Positions 14,018 to 27,100 of a stretch of 64,000 nucleotides of DNA are shown piece by piece (within the stretch, counting starts at the first letter, position 1; each line of letters opens with the position of its first letter). This DNA comes from Priapulus caudatus. Taxonomy: Eukaryota. Below the pieces are notes generated by a model. It had not been told where the DNA came from and searched no databases. It saw only the letters and a list, made by a program, of their open reading frames with translations. The position numbers and the translations under genes are program-made. The DNA lies in the NCBI RefSeq assembly GCF_000485595.1, contig NW_014577072.1, positions 356,860-420,859 on the forward strand, read 5' to 3'.

Positions 14018-17000
14018 GTATTGTAGGCGGCATACTGTGGCGAGCAGCACGAGATATACACGTAATACATCCATATGATCTAAAGTATTTACGAGCTAAT
14101 CATGGTACAGTGGACGTAAGACCCTACATAAATACGACCACCTCGGTGCAGCAGGGAAGAATAACTGCGGGAAAATTTTGTACAGTGAAGAGTGTTGTGA
14201 AATGTTACGAGTGCATTATTTGTTTGTGCAACTACTTTCAGGCAATTGGAAAAGTGATCTTTCTAGGCAGCACAGCTGTGGACCGAAAAACTGAGCCGCC
14301 AAAGCCACCACCCAGTGCCAGCAGTGTCGATGAAGACGACTCCAAATTTCTTGATTACTTGGAAACTCTAGAACTATTCAGGCGACAGTATCCAAATGAA
14401 TGTATGAGCCCAATGAGGCCGTCATGGCTGGGGTAAACAAGTATACTGATGTATATTAAAATCGTTATCATTCAGATGTACTGATGTATACGTGTGAGAT
14501 ATTTTTTTAGCTCTATCATATTCTCCCAATTGGGAATGGAAAAGCTACACATGTTGAATGGTTTGTTTAGTATGTCATTTATATTTGTTGACCAAGCATA
14601 TCACCTAAACTGTGACGAACAGGTTATACACGTATTACACTACACAGTCTATGTAATATGTTGTTGTTCTATTTCACATTTAACGTGATTTTTGTGGCAA
14701 ATATTTGTGTCCGACATTTTAAATTCTGAAGCTCTTTCCACAGATTCAATGTGAATGAACGCAGTGCTGATAGCCAAGAGCAGGGATACGTTGGTTGCAA
14801 CCCCGGCACTGACATCCCTGATCATCAGTGTGAGTAACTTAGAATGCATATTGGCAGATCCTAATACACGTACGAGTAACATTTATGTGTGCTGTACTAG
14901 TATGCGTGACGTCGTGCAAACCTCCCACAATATGGGCAGGGTGAAGCTGGTAACGTATTGATGTGCTTGTGTTGTAACTGGACCAGTACAGGCAGGTGGT
15001 CGGATAGTTCAGTTCAATTTTATACCTGGTATTAGTTTTTTCTAAAGCCCTATGGGATTTATTCAAGGAGCAACTGGTTGTAAGTTTATTTAAACGCTGT
15101 CGTGTGTGCATTTCTTTGGCTCCGTGTTGTAAATTCACAAGCGTGCAGATCACGGTGAGTCCTTGGCTTAATACCTACGAAGCGGCAGTCCAGACTAAGA
15201 AAATCAATAGAGCTGACCGCATTCAGTTGGACCTGGGCAATAGGCCAGACCGGTATACCTGTGGTATGCCTACGCCTATGAAGAATGAGTGCATTGCAAT
15301 CAGTGAAACACGGAGTGGCAACCCCCGCAACCACATCAAACTAGTAAACAGTGCACTATGAATTGGTACGAGTATTGATTTCATCTGTTGCACTAAAACA
15401 TTAATGAGTGTTTCATGCCAGTGCGTCATCCTGGTTACACGTGATGCGTGTGACGTTAATGTGCCACGCAACCCTTTAAAAACCAATGCAACCGCAGTGA
15501 TTAGTTTGGAAGCGAGTCATTAGTTGTCATGGTAACAGACACGTGTTCATGCCCGCGGGCGTTCTGCCTCCTGTGTTGTGACTAGATCCGAACCATTTAT
15601 TAATTAGTCAACACCTGAAATTTTCATGTTATCCTGCCGAATGATCTCTACGCACTCAGCACACATGATGCGTGGTAGCGAATGTCTCCAGCTACACTGT
15701 GTGTTATATGCTACAAGTAGCTTGAATGTTAGCACGATATGCTCACCCACACTCAATCGTGTGCTCTCACTTCCCCTGTCTGCCATCGACTAGAGTAGAA
15801 GGCTCACAGAGTCAGTATTGTCATAGCTATTAAATCCACGTACCGCATTTTGACTTAATACGAGTCAAACGTTGTACACGTAGTTAAGTCCTGTGGTAGC
15901 TGCCTAGTGCTATGTTTGCTACCGCCCTGTGTTCAACTAAATGACACCCCCAGCATATGCATGCTTGGCCAGCTTCGTTGGAGCGGCTGGCTGTACTGTG
16001 GAAAGTGCACGTACTTGCAGGCGTGTTCGACTACAAGCTCAATGGACGGCTGTTCCCAGAGGCAGTACACACAGACAGAGAGAACAGGAGCATTTGCCCC
16101 ACCTGCAAGTCCCCTGAACGTGTCCCAACCAGCACCAACCCAACCTACACCAGGTACCCCGTACACACCCGGTTGTCCTTGAACGTTTTCATGAGCACCA
16201 CGCATTTTCCCTTTGCACCCTCCTTTTACAAATTACTAGAGTTCAATGTGCTACCTAGTCATTAGGGAATCTTAGGAAAAATCACTTGTTTTACCAATTG
16301 CCTTATGGGACACGAATTAAATTAAATGTTGACCGAGGATTCTTCTAACAGCGATGTGTTTAACACTCCTGTTAAAGTAAGTGTTCTGTAATTATGCAAA
16401 GTTCAGTAAAATATTGCAACAGGTAGTAGGTTTAGCAAATGCGTGCTAATCGTTGAATTGCTAGTTGGCACATATAAAAGCACCATGTGAGTAAGGAACC
16501 TAAACAATTAAGCTACAGAAATACCCAACTGCATGCAGGAATCCATGTAAGTGTACACTGTGTTATTTCTGCTGCATAACATAATAACAGGGCTGCTCTG
16601 CTACCTTTTGTGATAGAAGATCTAGCACATTACATAAAAGCGTGCGTATGACTAACGAGAAACAATGATTGAACAGCTGTACTGTATCCTTCCCACAGGT
16701 GAGCCACTTAGCCTCCTATTGGGCCTGTTTTATGGTGACATATTACGTATGGAGTTGGAACATGAACAGGTTTCACATTAGTATGGTATATGAAAGCAAG
16801 TCCTGCTTTATTAATGAGACAGGCTTATCGAAAACAAACTGTTAATGAGATCTGCACTGTTACATGCTGTAGGATATCAGTATCACGCAGTGCACTGGCT
16901 CCCCCCTACAGACTACAACATCGCACAAAGCAAGCATTTATGCTGAAGGGATCCCTTGCACTGTCACAGGTATAGCAATGTGTATGCTCTAAATAATATA

Positions 17001-17969
17001 CAGATATCAAAACGGACATATCTAAATATATACTTATCATTTGTAAAGCCATAATATCGCATAGTATCACTAGTAAAGCTAGTATTGATCATCAATATGT
17101 TTTAATGCTACTAATGATATACTACCTGCAAATAGTGTGCATTGTGTGATTATTATCAGGTGAAGGTAAAGCTGGTTCACTATCACTACAGTAAACATTG
17201 TAATAGTTAAAATCTGTCCATCTTACTAAGCACATAGATTTTCTGCTTTCAGCACTGCCTGGCTGGTCATCAATATACCGGTGAGATCACTCGGCCAGAG
17301 ACCTCTACTGTTGATCTTCGCACTGAAATGAACAAGGACAAACTAGCAACTCAGGTGAGAGCTAGTTATTTGCACGTAAGAAGTAATTAAAGAGAAGTTG
17401 TCTGTTGCGTAAGAGAAAATGACGTTTACCGCATCAGCAGTGTTTGCAGATCTTGCAGGGCAATCACTGATACAGAGCTGCTTAGCATTTCTGTGTATAG
17501 TTAGACCTTCTATGCAGTTGTCTTGGGTCTATCTATTGTTGGACATTGGAGTAAAAAGCCAGCAAAATTAGTTAAAGCTAAAAATTACCATAAAAACTCA
17601 GCAATATTAATCGGACTTGATCTATTAATGTGCATAGGCTGAATATTCATTCACAACAACCACTAGCCCTCGTTTAGTACAAGATGAACGAGCGCAATCA
17701 TCTCATCTCACCATAATCCTATAAAAAAAAGGGCAATCCCTTCCAAAATATTAGCGGTAGTAATCAAGAGTCAGACACGAAAGATGGTTCTGCACCAGCT
17801 AATGAACGTGTCATGTTTGAAGGTGCTGCCCCCTGATGGCACAAGGACTACCACACAGGAGCTGCTCACACGCTCGCACAAGATCCGACAAAGCTTCAAC
17901 CGTATCCTGATGGATTCTCGACATAGACCCGCTGACATGAAACATCAGAGGCCGCTGCCACTGTTCTAA
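11000..17969 (+). CDS. MIIP: MIIP-family (migration and invasion inhibitory protein-like) gene with a ~1000-aa repeat-rich N-terminal extension; 7 coding exons, ~1257 aa
   Basis: Hand-spliced GT-AG exons with consistent phases: 11000-14017, 14242-14432, 14744-14829, 16021-16153, 16873-16969, 17253-17354, 17823-17969 (3774 nt, ends TAA). The spliced C-terminus reads ...FLDYLETLELFRRQYPNEC...DHQCVFDYKLNGRLFP...CPTCKSP...TRISVSRSALAPPYRLQHRTKQAF...SLALSQHCLAGH...VDLR. This is collinear with human MIIP motifs as I recall them (FFSKLQEFRETNKEEC; DHECVYCYRVNRRLFP; CRLCRTP; RVSIPLSILEPPHRY; LALPRHCLLGW). ATG 11000 (aaaatATGG) is the first in-frame Met after the acceptor at 10951. Confidence 0.75.
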
Positions 17970-19438
17970 CAGCACAGCACTAATAAATGTCACTGATATT
18001 GTCAACAAAATGGTGATCTCTAGAAGCCTGGCAGCATTGATGACATTGTTGCTGCGTTCTTATAATAAGATATAATAAGATGTTGCTGTGATAATAGGCT
18101 GCTAAACCTTTTGCCAAATATCATACCTAGTCAATCTGTTAATATGTTATGCAATAACTTATATGGTGGGATCAGAATACTGCATCCCGTCCCACCATAC
18201 CATTGGATGGGGTAGCTGTCTATATCTTTGTGGATATTACACCTGGAAAACTGTAAATGTGTGGCTTTCACTGAGTAAGCACTCTTTTAACGATAATCAT
18301 ATAGTCAGCAATGGAGCAGAAACAGAAATATCACTTATACCTGATACTCAGTTATGTACACATGTTATGTACCACAGTGCTCAAATGTGTGACAGGAACT
18401 TGAAATAGTTTTATATCTAGAAACGTTTATTCATTTTTTCTGCAATACCCTAGTCCTGTGTTACAATCTGCTTGTTGTTTTGTTTTTCGGGAAAAAATGT
18501 TTTTTTACACTATAACTTATTTTGTTTCTTGCAAAAATAGGATATTAAAGATATCAAGCTATTAAACAATGATACTGTCATCACTTTAATTCATAATGTA
18601 TTTTATATATTTACGTCACCGTGATAAATAGAGAAATAGCCACAAAAGTTAGTACACACTGGGTTTTTAATATATCAGCTTATCATTGAATTTCAATGAG
18701 TTGTAGCTTAATTGCTTGCATGAATTGTAGATTGCGTGAATAATAAGATTCACACACTATGTAGTCATGTCTGATTATGCGATATACGACTTAACCTTCT
18801 TCACAATGAAGTTTCACACCTGACCTCAGGGCAAATTGATAACATACATGATATACAACATACTGTAATGTACAGCAAATAAGTGCCTTACAAAGGAAGC
18901 ATTTTTAGTTGGTAATCTGTCTTATTGTAGGAGACATATGCATGATAGCAGTCTATGCTATGAAGTTACACAGCTGAGTTGTACACAATAGTTTACTTAC
19001 AGTAGTCGCCTTCCAATACCTTTACCAATTGCAGTATACTCAATGACTGACACTAATTAACTGTTACTCAGTTATGAGAATTTGTTATGATTTGCAGATA
19101 AATAATGCAATGTGAACGGTGCAACGATAAATTAACGTTACAAAAAACTAACACACTGACCTCTACAATGATAATGAAAATATAATGAACGTATGATTGT
19201 TAAATGATTAACCAATCATCAGTTTGGTCATTGTAGCGCTCGCAACGCCAGGGAAGTGCGATTAAAACGGTCATCGTATAAATATCAGGTCACATTGATT
19301 ACTTGGTCTTCTGTGGGTGATGAAGAGCTATATTGATGAAGTTGTAATAACAGATAACACGTGAAACTGGGTACGATGCACAGGAGCAACCAACCTGCAA
19401 GATGCACGGGGATACGCTACTGCCATAAGAAGGCCGTC

Positions 19439-22400
19439 TCAGAGAAACGGGTGGATGTTAATCTCTAGTGCAGCACAGGGGAGGCTGAGGTCAAACTTTA
19501 CGATGACATCGGGATGTAGCACTCCCAGCCTTCCAATCACTTCGCCCTTGTATACTATTTCTGCACACCGGCCTGGGAAGTAAGTGGCATCTGAAATCAT
19601 AGAAAATACACTGTCAATTGCTAGCAGAATATAAATACACAATTAAAAGGTAACACTCCAGCTTTCAGAATTATTTCTTAGTTAAATTGGTTAATTTATG
19701 TCAAATGCCAAAAGTTGAAGTTTTTTAAAGTTTATTATTAATAAGAAAATACAAAAGCCTGCATTTAAAACATATACCTCCCCTTTATGAAACCATAGTA
19801 AAATAAACCAGCTACACATCGTTCATTAAGCATATAATTTCATAAATCCTTTGAATGAAAATCCCCAGCAAGTACCGCACACAGTTTCTTAGAACCACAG
19901 CACTCACAAGTACACAGCAAGGCTAAAAGCGATGCATGCATTCACATGGGACACCCAAAGTAAGGCTGAAAGGGTTATTGTCGTATATGTAGTACCCCAG
20001 GTGTCGGCGAGTATGTCGCCTACGCCTACTTCCTAACCCTAACCATATCAGATAGTTACCTCATACCTCTATAGGTACATATTTGTACTACCCTATATGA
20101 CAACGACCCTTCGTGCCAAAGTAAGGTCTTGCACATACCTTCACAGGAGCGAATGTGGTAGCCGCACTCGCGGCTGAAGGGCACCGCCAGTAGCTGCATT
20201 ATGCGATCAAGAAGTCCGTGAATCACTTCAAAACCTGGGTTCTTGTTGTAGTGCACGGCGCACAGACGTCGCTCGTTCCTCACACCGACGTCTGCACAAT
20301 AAACGCAGGGCTACGTCAACCTATTGACTGAATAAGGGGGGGGGGGGGGGTCACACAAGATTATTATCACATTTATTATGATAAGAGAGTCACGGATCTC
20401 ACGAAAGCCTTCATGTATAATATTCATACGAATACAATTCTCAGCATTTATATCTACAGTAAAATATATTATTGTTATAAATATTATATTGGAATGATAT
20501 TAACTTGGGACAAACAAAGCTGCTGATAGACAAAACATACCATAGTTGTTATCCTTCAGTATCACGTCAGAGATTTCAAACAGTTTCATGGGCAGAGGCA
20601 TGTTCTTGTTGCTGGCTATAGTCTTCATTATACCAGCTAGCAATGTTGTCCTAGCCACCTGTCAATGGTATTATTAGCCATGATGCTATTGTATGCATAA
20701 AGCCAGCACATTCCAACCACACGCCTTTTCAAATATTAATATTGACATTTGTGTATTTCTAACAAATGCACTTTGGCTTCTTCACTAGGGTTCTGCATGT
20801 GTATTATAACCATTATAATGTATTATACCGTGTTTTTGCCTACCCACACGAGCATTCACTGATTCAGCCTTCAGGGTGCTATAGACAGACTGCTTTAGAA
20901 AATAATATGATTTAAGGAGCGTAAACCCTGTTCAACAAACATTTGCCTTTGCAATTAAACTGTGCAACTGTAGCCTCACATTCACACAGGTATGGGCTCT
21001 AATAATAGCAAAAGCAGTTCAGTCCTTTGTTAACAGTCAACAAATTAAGGTTTAACCCTCCTCTTGAGGGTCAAAAGGTTATCCAACACTTACTCTTCGC
21101 ATGTCAGCGGAAAGTATATTTCATGGTCCTTTCAATAAAGCCATAAAAATGGTAGGTCACCGCTGAAACAAAAAAGTTTATCAATCGCTCCGTCAGACCA
21201 TGTCCTCAGAAAATGTCTAAAATCTGCCCTGTGCCAATTGACCTTTGACCTGTGACCTCCAATTTCGGCACAGTGATGGCTTTTCCTACCACGATGCTAT
21301 ACACAGACTATCACGAGCCTAGGTCGAGCCGTTTAGATTTGTGCCGCAATTCTGCATTTCCTCCCTATACCTTAAGTTAAGGAGGGAATATTCCCCCTTC
21401 TTATACACCTCTTGACCTTTGACCTTTGACCCCCAGCTTCGACATCCCAACTCGTTTTCGGATTCCCCCCCCACGTCCCAACTTTCGAATCCGTACGTCG
21501 AGCCGTTTAAGCTTTGTGCCCAACTGTTGACGCACGCACGAACGGACGCAAGCTCATGCGATTCTACTAGCTGCATCTGACTATGTCAGATGAGCTAAAA
21601 ATAGAACCTTTATAGAAAAGATGATTATTGACTAAGGTTTACATTGCCACTTACCTGAAATTCGAGTGTCTTAGGATTGGATATGTGTACAGCAGGGGCA
21701 CTCTTTATATCTTTTCGTAGTTTCACCGATATATCATCTTGTGAACACTGTAAAGTAAGTATACAGCCATGGCAGCATACTGATTAATATACTTCGAAAT
21801 GTGTATACCTAATTCAGGTTAGAGAGGACAGTGCCTATTGAAACAGATAAGAACATAATCGTTTTTTATTCTGACAAGTTCAAATTATTTCACTGACTTC
21901 TTAAACAGATGATGAAACCGCTATAGGCTAATTTTAGAGTTGCAGTAAAATCCATAAATTAATAGGTTACAGTTTAGTTTCAGCACACTGAACAAGCAAA
22001 TGCATCGATAAATGCCTCACCTGTTGCTTTATAAAATGAAACTGTTGATATATTTATCTACAAAAGACCATCTATGATCTAAGACTGGCCTAATTAACTT
22101 TAGTAAGATTTTAAATTGACATTAATTCCAGCCATAAGCACTGGCCTAACAAGAAAAAAACAACGTTTTCTGCCATTATACGAGCCATACCAGAGAAAAG
22201 GTTAGTGCTTCCGTGAAGCCAACCATAGCCACTTCCTGTCTCAGCAGATCTGTTAACTTGTTAAGGCTAAACTGAAACACAAACAAATGAAAGTTGTAGT
22301 CTTACATCCATCCAAATTTGCAATTTTGAAAACACTTATTCCTCTTTACTGCAAAACAGAAACAGTTCTGTAGAAATAAAAATAGAAAACTTACTTCTGC

Positions 22401-24148
22401 AGCTATTGTTCCTGAATTTGGAATTGTCTTCTTTATGTTATTGTATCCATAGGCTATAGCAACATCCTCAATGATATCACAGGCATGGATCACATCCGCG
22501 CGCGTTGGTGGAATGTCGATTTTCACCTTTGAACCATCCTCAATAACTTCAGACTTTAGGCACATTTTTGTTAGCAGTGTAGCTATAGTTTCTCCACTTT
22601 CTCTGTGAATTATAAATTATTAGCACATAAATGTATAGCGTGGAACTTATTGTGACATTATGAAAGCTCAACAAAATGTAAAACAGCGAATTTCGAAGAG
22701 AATTATTTGTGACATAGGTGTCAATGAAATATCTTTTGAATTCCCTCCGTAAAGAAACAAAATTAATCTTAATATACTAAAAATATGTAAAACACACTGG
22801 ATCCGATGCACCGACCCAACAAACTAAACATACAATATAACAATTCAAAACAACAAAAGTTCATACAAAGTCAACTAATTCCTACAAGGAAGGAAGGTGT
22901 AAAAGGAAGACAAATTATGTGCAAAATGACAAGTATTGAGTTATTACCTATATTACAATTACTGCCATGCACAAATAAAGGCCATACCCCACAATACATT
23001 TATTCCACAGCTCACCTTATTCCTACTTTCTTGTTAACTTCGTCCACCTTAAGAACTGCCTCCCAATGTTTGAGCTCCTAAGAATTCCAAAATAAGACAT
23101 GTAAAGTAATAATGTAGTTACAAATTCCTTACCAAATGTGTTTTTAACAATACACACGAATAACATTTTATTGCACGGAAACTATGCTGTATCCATACAT
23201 TTCCTGTAAACACTTCATCAGGTGATATGTATTTGTCTTTCATTTTATGCTTGCCTTGTTCTGCAGATTTAACTTACCGGATAAATTGCACTGGAGCCAT
23301 CACACTGGATAACCTCTGCTTGTTCTACTCTGAATGGAATAGCATTTGATAACATAAAAATGTCAGGAAACATCATTAAATGGCATGGGATTATTATTTA
23401 ATTATGCAAGGAATAAGATTAATGTATTGTATTGTATTGTATTAACTGGCACTGTTAATGGAAAAGTATGAAACTCTTAGCTGACTGGCTGATATGCTCC
23501 CAATGCACACTATGCCTATCATAATGAATTCCATTTAGGATTACTCTCACGTTCATTTCTTTTTATTATAATTTACTTACGTAAAAGGTTCTGCACAGTA
23601 CTGGCTAAACATGGTCACTAACACATCCAATACAATCTTTGCCTGTAACACAACAACATAAAAGCATTTGCAAAAATTGAAGATAAGCATAAGTATTTTG
23701 AAATATTATTCTTACCGAAGGAACGATCCTAGCAAAAAATGTATTCATGAAGAAATACTAAATGCCAACGACATATGTCACAGCCATTAATCCCTACATT
23801 CCCCTAGCCCAACCTGCTACAAGGATGATGAGGGAAAAGTAAAATCTCACAGATAATTACATTATTCTCATAACACACTGAAACATTTCGAATTTCTTGT
23901 TCCTTAGAAATAGCACAAATCTACCCTACACCACCTCTCCTGTTGTAATACCTTTGTAAGATCCGTTGCTGTACACTCAATGAAGACATTGCGTGTATCA
24001 AGGGTGATCTTGGAGTGGTCACCATTAATAATAGGAGGCATGGACAGCAGTACACCACAGCTGTCGTAAATTACTGGGTAAACAGGTTTGTCTCTAATGA
24101 TAGGCAGGTAGTGACGAAGATGGCTGTCTACCTGGAAAACAGCACACC

Positions 24149-24180
<32 letters not shown>

Positions 24181-27100
24181 GGTCACACACACGTGTACAG
24201 AAAGAGAGAAGCCGGGAGAGAGGGAATGGGAGAGCGAGAGAGATAGAGATAGAAAGGGAGAGGGAGAGGAATATGGAGAGGGAGAAGGAGAAGAAGAGGG
24301 AGAGTGAGGAGAGGGAAAGAGAGATTTATTACTGTTCATATACAGCAATAAAAATGTAGTACACTATATGACAAGTCACTTTATCTGCATAATATTACAC
24401 CTGCATTGATAATGTGCTATTTCGATCGTTATTGACTATTGAAAATAACAACCATGATAAAATTCTAGATTTTCATTTTAACTAAACATGTTAACTACTC
24501 CATAACAGTGTTTCTACACATAAACTAGTGTGCATATTAATGTTATCCCCCTTTGAAAAATATTACAAGATTACTCACAGAATATAGGTCCATTAGCTCC
24601 ACAGCATTGTACTCCTTTGTTTGGTTTAATGGCCTAAACTTGATATCTGCTGGTGGTTTTGCTTCATAGATAAAAGGACCTTTTATGGTATCCAAGTCAT
24701 GAGTTCCAATAGCAACCAGTGCTCGCTTTCTATAGAGAGAATAAATTTTGCCTACAGAAGAAAACATTACTATGACTTTTAGCATTATTTCCAGTTAAAT
24801 CAGTTGTTTTTTTATTGTTCAATATAACTTAAACATAAATATAAACTAAATAATAAAACATCTCAACTGCTGTTCTCAGACTGATATTAACAGGAGATGC
24901 TAAAGAATGTAGAAATTGTATCCTGCAATCCAGCTTTTTTTTCTAAAAACGAATACCTGCAGAGATTCTGATGTAGCTTATCTTGTAGATCAATGAAGCT
25001 GTTATAACTTTCCTAAAAACAAAAAAAAGGAGAGCCATATAGTGACCTATCATCTGAAAGAAAGTGCCGCACTGATAAATCCATGTTAACTTGTGACCCT
25101 CATACAAAAAATGAATGGAAACAAGCAAATGAATGCAACCTACCGAGGTGAATGTTATATTCCTCAGTACGGCAGCTACACAGTGGGGGCGTACTTCTTG
25201 TGTCTGTAAAATCAGATTATTATCCTAACGTGCAAATAAAACCATATACCTACAATGAAATTAATAACAATTTGTTACACAAACTAGTAATCACCACCTA
25301 TGATCCAACAAATTAATGGAGATACCTCAATAATGTGAAAGAATAAGGCTGTAAGCTTAAACTGCTTAAAACTCTGTCTAGCCAAATCGATCCAATCCTC
25401 AGAAATTTCAAATTGATTTTCAAATTTTCATTTTCATTCTTCCCATTTTTTCAACTTTTTCAGAGAACTTGTATACTTAAAAGACAGCTATGCTATGAAG
25501 GTGGACTTGGAAACATACCCACATGTTCCACCACTTTATCCTTATTTCAGTTAGTCTTCGAATTCTTGGTTCTGATTTTCAATTAAAATGATCCACTATT
25601 GTGTGGATAAAATTATCCACTGAAGTGTCACGATTAGCCTATATATGCATTACATGTCCTGCAGACTTTGGGATAAACTACGGCAAGTAAAACATTAGTA
25701 AGTCCTTAGCACAGAACTCAACTAAGCAGAGTGTGAGTGTTAAATACCTTTAAAAAAAGAAAAGCAATATCATACAATAAGAAACCACAATAATAATTCC
25801 AACATGAAAGCAAAATTCAACAACAAATACTCATAAATAGAGACCAGAGGATACAATATGAAGTCATGCCCACTTGTGCCACCCTAACTGGACTTCTGCC
25901 TTGGGGGATGCTGATACGTAGTGATTGTAAACTCACAGATGGTTTGATGTAGAGTTTTTGCATTTCCCCTGATGCAGGCGGAACTCTTTTGTATCGAGGT
26001 GATGGAATCTGTTCCTTAAACACCTGAAGACCTCTCACCAGACCTTCCAGACACAGAAGATCATACCTGCAAATAATTGAATCTTACACTACCAGAACAC
26101 CAAACATCACTCGTTCTCGAGCAAATTACATATAATATTCCATCTGCTCATATTGCAATTATTGAAGTACGTTGAATAAAAATAAATCACGTTTACATAT
26201 CATGACCTTTGCAATGGTGATGCCCCATGTTATTCAGCAGGTAAACTAGTAGAAAAGTTATGCATGGGATGGAATACCTGTTTGCTGGAACCTCAACCTT
26301 GTAGATAACTGCCTCAGAAGCCTCCTTAGCTCGTTCGCCACTACCAGTTTCTCTCATAATCATGTCTTTCTCCGAAGTAACTTCATCCAGTTCCAGTCCA
26401 AAATCAAAGCACAAGTCATCAAACTCATCATCAGCTGTAAAATACACACATCAAGTTACTAAGCAACACTCCATTGGGCTGTTAATAAAATTACGTCAAA
26501 GAGAGTTATTTTCCTCCTCAATCTGTGAGACAATTACTTATGCTAATAGTAAGGCAGATAAGCAAATGAATTGTGCACTTTTGTTGAATTGTGAGTTTGT
26601 AGACTTGTACTATATGTGAGTTCATGGAGATTTTCTGATATAATGCCAATTGAACATCCCCACCTGATGGCAAACACTGGCATAACAACATCTGCTTAAC
26701 CGCCAGGGTGCGCTGTATGCCACTAGGTCACTATATCAGAAAATCTTCAGGAACTTATGTAGTAGATGTCTGCAAATTTTGCTTATCTGCTGCACAATGT
26801 GTTGCGCTTTCAAAATGTAGATTCATTAGAAATAAACTTTAGTCTTAGAATATTTGCTACTGCAGGGTTTGAATTTAGCACCGATTCTCCAACCTTTTGC
26901 TGTAGGAAAACCACAGGAACATGATTTAGTTCAAAGATCAGAGCGTTTTAAAGACAAGGTATGATAGTATAATGTTATTAAACGCTAGACATGATGAAGC
27001 TGATATAAGTTATAACTGTGTGAGTCATACACTTGTAATCAGGTAATTTATAAGGTATGCATTGCTCCTGTAGTCTGGCCCTGGCATGTTTATTTGTTAA

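Noticed and set aside
16699..16769. Possible extra MIIP exon (cag|GTGAGCC...GAACAG|gt)
   Set aside because: Not needed for the phase-consistent model and no similarity to MIIP; cannot be supported without RNA data.
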